From the NCBI GenBank assembly GCA_002269645.1, contig NIVC01001575.1:246232-310231 (forward strand): a stretch of DNA of 64,000 nucleotides, given 5' to 3'. Made by a program: the position numbers and the translations under genes. The notes below the pieces were generated by a model, which worked only from the letters and a program-made list of their open reading frames with translations, was not told where the DNA came from and made no database searches. Below are positions 60,901 through 64,000 of this stretch, piece after piece (positions within the stretch are counted from its first letter, which is position 1; each line of letters starts with the position of its first letter). This stretch comes from Macrostomum lignano (lineage: Eukaryota).

Positions 60901-63744
60901 TATTCACATCTCTTTCCACCCACCCTCTGCCCGTACACGCTCAGTGTACAGGGCTGCGTCAGCATCGGGGTTAAAACTTCTCGCTCCCTATGCTTCAACA
61001 GTATAACAACCTAGTGGCTGGTTCTCTGTCCGCGCCACCCCTCTCTGCCCGTACACTCTCACTGTACAGGGCTGCGTCAGCGTTAGGGTTGAAACTTCTC
61101 GCTCCCTATACCCCACAACCGTGTAGTGTCCTAGTATGGGCGCGACCTGGGTTCGATTTCGCTAGTTGAGATGTAGGTGAGAGAGGGGAAGAGGCCCGTA
61201 TCGATGACTACATATCGGTGTACACACATATCGGGGGAGTGTACACTCGGGGCGCCTGCTGCATACATATCGGTGTACATATAGGGAGAGTGCGCATACA
61301 TATCGGGAGGGGCGCCTGAGACGGGAGGGCGCCTGCGGCATACATGTCGGGGAGGGCGCGTGCGGCGGGGAGGGGCGCCTGCTGCATGGGCGCCTGCGGC
61401 TCGGGGGTGCGCTTGGGATCTGATTGATTTGGGATCTGATTGATTTGGGATCTGATTGATTTATTGGGATCTAATATCGGTAGGTGCGCCTGCGGCTGGG
61501 AGGGTCGCCTGCGGCGCTTGGCGCCTGCGGCGCGCGCGCGCGCGAGCGCCGATATCGATACGGGTATCGATCACCTAGTGATCGGGGCGCCAGCCAATGA
61601 GAGGCGAGGAGGGTTGACACCCACCTCACCTCCAAAATCAACACTTACGGAATCCCTTAGTAGTACGGGCCCCTGCACCAGTGGCGTAGCCAGGGCCCCC
61701 CCCCCCAATCGCCTGGGGGTGGGGTTGGGCGCGCGGGTACCAAAAACCATGAGGCAATTGAGTGCCTGCGGCGCCAAAATGAGTGCCTGCGGCGCCAAAA
61801 TGAGTGCCTGCGGCGCCAAAATGAGTGCCTGCGGCGCCAAAATGAGTGCCTACGGCCGCCAAAGTGAATGCCTGCGGCGCAAAACGAGTGCCTGCGGCGC
61901 CAAAATGAGTGCCTGCGTGCCAAATGAGTGCCTGCGGCGCCAAAACGAGTGCCTGCGGCGCCAAAATGAGTGCCTGCGGTGCCAAAATGAGTGCCTGCGG
62001 CGCCCAAATGAGTGCCTGCGGTGCCAAAATGAGTGCCTGCGGCGCCAAAATGAGTGCCAATGGCAATGGTGGCAATGGCGTAAGGCATGGCCAGCCAGGC
62101 CAACCCGCCCCCCCCAATTGATATTCCTGGCTACGCCACTGCCCTGGGGCCCGTGCTATAGAATACTCTTAACTCCTAAATCCTTAGAGTGTCCTAACTC
62201 CTTGCTCCTAGCTGGCTTTTCTGTGCTATAGAATCAAGAGTAAATTTTAAGAGCTAGGAGGCTCCTTAAGGACGTTAGGAGACTCCTGGTGAATTTAGGA
62301 GAACTCATTAAGGTCCGTGCATGCTATAGAATTAGGAGAGGAAGTCTAGGAGCTAGGAGCTAGGAGCTGGCTTTTAGGAGTCATTCTAGGAGGTGTGTCC
62401 TATAGAATGAGAAAATTTCGCTCCTAACTCTTGACTCCTAAGCAAGAGTTCAAGGGCAATTTTCACTCTTAGACAAGCTAGGATTATAATGTTTTCGGAC
62501 AGCGAATCGGATTCTGATGAGGAAGGAGTCAATGATAGACGCCGTCGACAATTTAAGGCAAGAATTAATATTTTTGAAGAAGATCCAGCCGAGAGTGCTA
62601 TGCGTTTTAGACTTAACGATATCCAGCTTTCAAGCCTAACAGATAGAATTCGACACAGAATCGAACATCCAACATCAGTGTGTCCTAACAAATTCCAACA
62701 TTCCAATATCACGTCTTGCCACATAGCAATCTTCGCATTCTTAGTTATGGTTGTACTAAACGCACCAAAGAGAACCTCTTTGCGTGCAGCGACGGCTCTC
62801 ACAAATGATTTTTTTTGAGCAATTTGCATTTTCACTCCTGAGATTCAATCCTTAAGGACCGTAAATTTAGGATTGTGATATAGCACACAATTCTCTATCA
62901 TCCTTAAACAAATTGCGCAACACTCCTTGAACACCACCCCCACTCCTAGGCTGCACTCCTTGCAAGAACTCCTAGCTCCTAACTCTTAACTCCTGAAATC
63001 TATAGCACACAAAATTCAATCACTCCTTGTCAAGAGTACTCTTGTGTCCTAGCTCCTAACTCCTGATTCTATAGCACGGGCCCCTGCACTTGTCTCTGTT
63101 TTCTCTCCTCTGTCTAGCCCAGTCTTGCTATTTTATCTCCTCTCCCTCGCTGCCTTCTGATTGGCTCTTCTCTCTCGCCTCTTTCCTTCGTCGCGCACTC
63201 CGCCCTTCATTGTCTTATCTACACCCACCCCCCACTAATTATATGCCTTAAATATACTCCCTTGGGCCCGGCACCCCCACTGGGAGACACGCACTCGTGC
63301 ACACGCTCACACAGGCTGTACAGCAGCTTTTTGACTTTTTAATCGTCAGGCAGTGTACACTCTCTGTGCCTTGGGGTTGGCACTCATTAATTTGAATGGG
63401 ACAACAAGCCCCAAATGAAGTGGCTGCATACGGAATCGAACCCACAGTCACAGCCAGGTATCATTTCCATTCAATCACCAGGTGGGAGGCCGGCATTCGC
63501 GAGTTTGTCGAGACCTGGCGTGCCCTCAGCGGCTACCTGGCCACCAGGGGTGCCAGGTTCCCCGACGCAATTTTCCCCATCACGCTGCACGCCCACCCGG
63601 CCGATGAGATGCGGCTGGCCGCGCTGCTACCTCACAACGGAGTCTGGGGCCGCTGCATCGGGCCTGGTGCAGCTGCTCATGGAGGCTCAGAACGCCGTGC
63701 TGGACGCTAGCGGGGTTCACTGCGACGAGATTGACATCTGCCAG
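31516..63744 (+). CDS. RNF213: RNF213/mysterin-like giant AAA+ ATPase / E3 ubiquitin ligase gene (multi-exon, continues beyond window)
   Basis: Domain order: KFCSECG zinc ribbons, CBM20-like domain, stalk, AAA+ modules, C3HC4 RING, RZ finger, C-terminal domain. Most exon junctions from 36950 onward are phase-compatible GT/AG. 'RNF213' denotes the family; orthology is untested. Confidence 0.88.
34308..36950 (+). CDS. RNF213: RNF213-like stalk region: cluster of small exons (individual boundaries only approximate)
   Basis: Coding-like segments such as LPELLYLAPAYHL, WLEEFLTRYGEFDPLL and FLRQLSAVEFV, separated by short AT-rich introns. The last donor CTGG/GTAAG after 36950 joins the giant exon in phase. 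Confidence 0.55.
37030..44281 (+). CDS. RNF213: RNF213-like giant exon containing the AAA+ core
   Basis: Walker A GETGCGKT and GKPGSSKS; Walker B ILFFDEVN and VILDEVGLAE; ISNWALDPAKMNR; SIIFGSSFPKD; LYDVLNQYY; FPIPLINRLEKH. Confidence 0.92.
44364..45892 (+). CDS. RNF213: RNF213-like E3-module exons (44364-45018, 45442-~45658, ~45787-45892)
   Basis: ESTWRVLRQKV...FACRFPFSW is an RNF213-like segment; phase-compatible splice sites. Confidence 0.75.
46281..46827 (+). CDS. RNF213: RNF213-like RING-finger exon
   Basis: Reads CSTC-x11-CGH-x2-CRNC-...-CTHC (C3HC4), followed by FLMELVTKLCF and FRSFILQQLL. Confidence 0.85.
47033..47539 (+). CDS. RNF213: RNF213-like exon
   Basis: CCATCCAG/ acceptor; open frame DLSISRLAG...AELNQQ; donor CAG/GTATG. 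Confidence 0.75.
47679..48803. mobile_element. Mutator-like foldback MITE with ~400-bp TIRs
   Basis: 9-bp direct repeat TACAAAGGG at 47670-47678 and 48804-48812. TIRs consist of GACGTTTGCCAGCC repeats plus a ~190-bp unique inverted segment. Inserted into the 46-bp minisatellite. Confidence 0.75.
48804..49530. repeat. 46-bp minisatellite (CAGCCACCCCACAGCACACAGTGTACACAGGGCACTGAGTGAGAAG); first units at ~47590-47678
   Basis: Tandem units visible, split by the MITE. Confidence 0.92.
49554..51816 (+). CDS. RNF213: RNF213-like RZ-finger exons: 49554-49935, micro-exon 50015-50049, 50981-51816
   Basis: The spliced frame reads TRAY-A-CPNGHPYYIAN-CGQAMQLSRCPDCGSAIGGQNH, the RZ-finger consensus. Confidence 0.88.
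50187..50636. mobile_element. MITE-like element with CATCACAAGCTCGAAAA subterminal repeats and internal TTAGGG-rich tract
   Basis: The two ends are inverted (CCATCACAAGCTCGAAAAATCACATCGTC / GACGATGTGATTTTTTGAGCTTATGATGG); no TSD identified. Confidence 0.55.
51886..52495. mobile_element. PIF/Harbinger-type MITE (copy A); its last 2 nt lie at 61671-61672, beyond the palindrome
   Basis: Left TIR GGGCCTGTGCTATAG preceded by CTG. The right TIR CTATAGTACGGGC|CC is interrupted and followed by CTG at 61673-61675. The right part resembles the reverse complement of 62147-62330. Confidence 0.75.
52496..61664. mobile_element. 9.17-kb fully palindromic insertion (arms 52496-57054 and 57129-61664, 74-bp spacer), unclassified
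   Basis: The arms are near-identical reverse complements wherever compared. Termini ACTACTAAGGGATTCCGTAAG / CTTACGGAATCCCTTAGTAGT; direct repeat ACGGGC at 52490-52495 and 61665-61670. Confidence 0.92.
61679..62141. mobile_element. hAT-type MITE with internal 21-bp repeats (AAAATGAGTGCCTGCGGCGCC)
   Basis: TIRs CAGTGGCGTAGCCAGG / CCTGGCTACGCCACTG. 8-bp TSD CCCTGCAC; the right copy is split by Harbinger copy B. Confidence 0.85.
62147..63083 (+). mobile_element. Internally deleted PIF/Harbinger transposon (copy B)
   Basis: TIR GGGCCCGTGCTATAGAAT at both ends; CTG TSD (62144-62146 and 63084-63086). Transposase N-terminus on plus (RRRRQFKARINIFE...MRFRL...IEHPT) and Myb/SANT-like N-terminus on minus (KEVLFGAFSTTITKNAKIAMWQDV). 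Confidence 0.85.
63482..63744 (+). CDS. RNF213: RNF213-like C-terminal-domain exon with apparent frameshift
   Basis: The acceptor TCACCAG/G completes the Arg codon split at 51816. It reads WEAGIREFVETW...LAALLPHNGVWGRC, then continues in another frame as ASGLVQLLMEAQNAVL. The 3' donor is approximate. Confidence 0.7.
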
Positions 63745-63771
63745 GTGGTGCCAGCTCGAAAGGACAGGCAT

Positions 63772-63773
63772 GC

Positions 63774-63862
<89 letters not shown>

Positions 63863-63938
63863 TACAGACAGACAGACGGACAGATGGACAGTAAGACAGA
63901 CATGCAGACAGACAGACAGACAGACAGACAGACACAGA
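63772..63938. repeat. (CAGA)n microsatellite
   Basis: Directly visible. Confidence 0.97.
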
Positions 63939-64000
63939 CATTGGCTTGGATATATTATAGTCTATCCAATCACTACACTGCTATCAGTAGGCTAGTTGTG

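Noticed and set aside
52496-61664. Palindrome as a pure long-read or amplification chimera
   Set aside because: Considered unlikely, though not excluded. The symmetry stops exactly at TSD-bounded termini, the flanks are different, and the host exons on each side join in phase.

Overview
Eukaryotic (invertebrate metazoan-like) genomic scaffold with spliceosomal introns, many minisatellites and one 915-N gap. Protein genes: a TM+C2 synaptotagmin-like gene (minus), the 5' part of a cytosolic alanyl-tRNA synthetase (plus), the 5' part of an SLC16/MCT-type MFS transporter (minus), a three-exon sulfotransferase-fold gene (plus), and a very large multi-exon RNF213/mysterin-like gene. The RNF213-like gene starts at 31516, runs off the right end, and encodes zinc ribbons, a CBM20-like domain, AAA+ modules, a RING and an RZ finger. 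The most striking structure lies in an 11.7-kb intron of that gene: a 9,169-bp element (52496-61664) that is almost one perfect palindrome. It has two ~4.5-kb arms, a 74-bp spacer, ACTACT...AGTAGT termini, a flanking direct repeat (ACGGGC) and no recognisable protein gene. It sits in a nest of Harbinger and hAT elements whose target-site duplications can be reconstructed. Other mobile DNA: a mariner deletion derivative with ~200-bp TIRs, a Mutator-like foldback MITE, a hAT-like MITE, a CORE-type SINE and LTR-like segments. All family assignments are by motif recognition by eye; no database searches were run.
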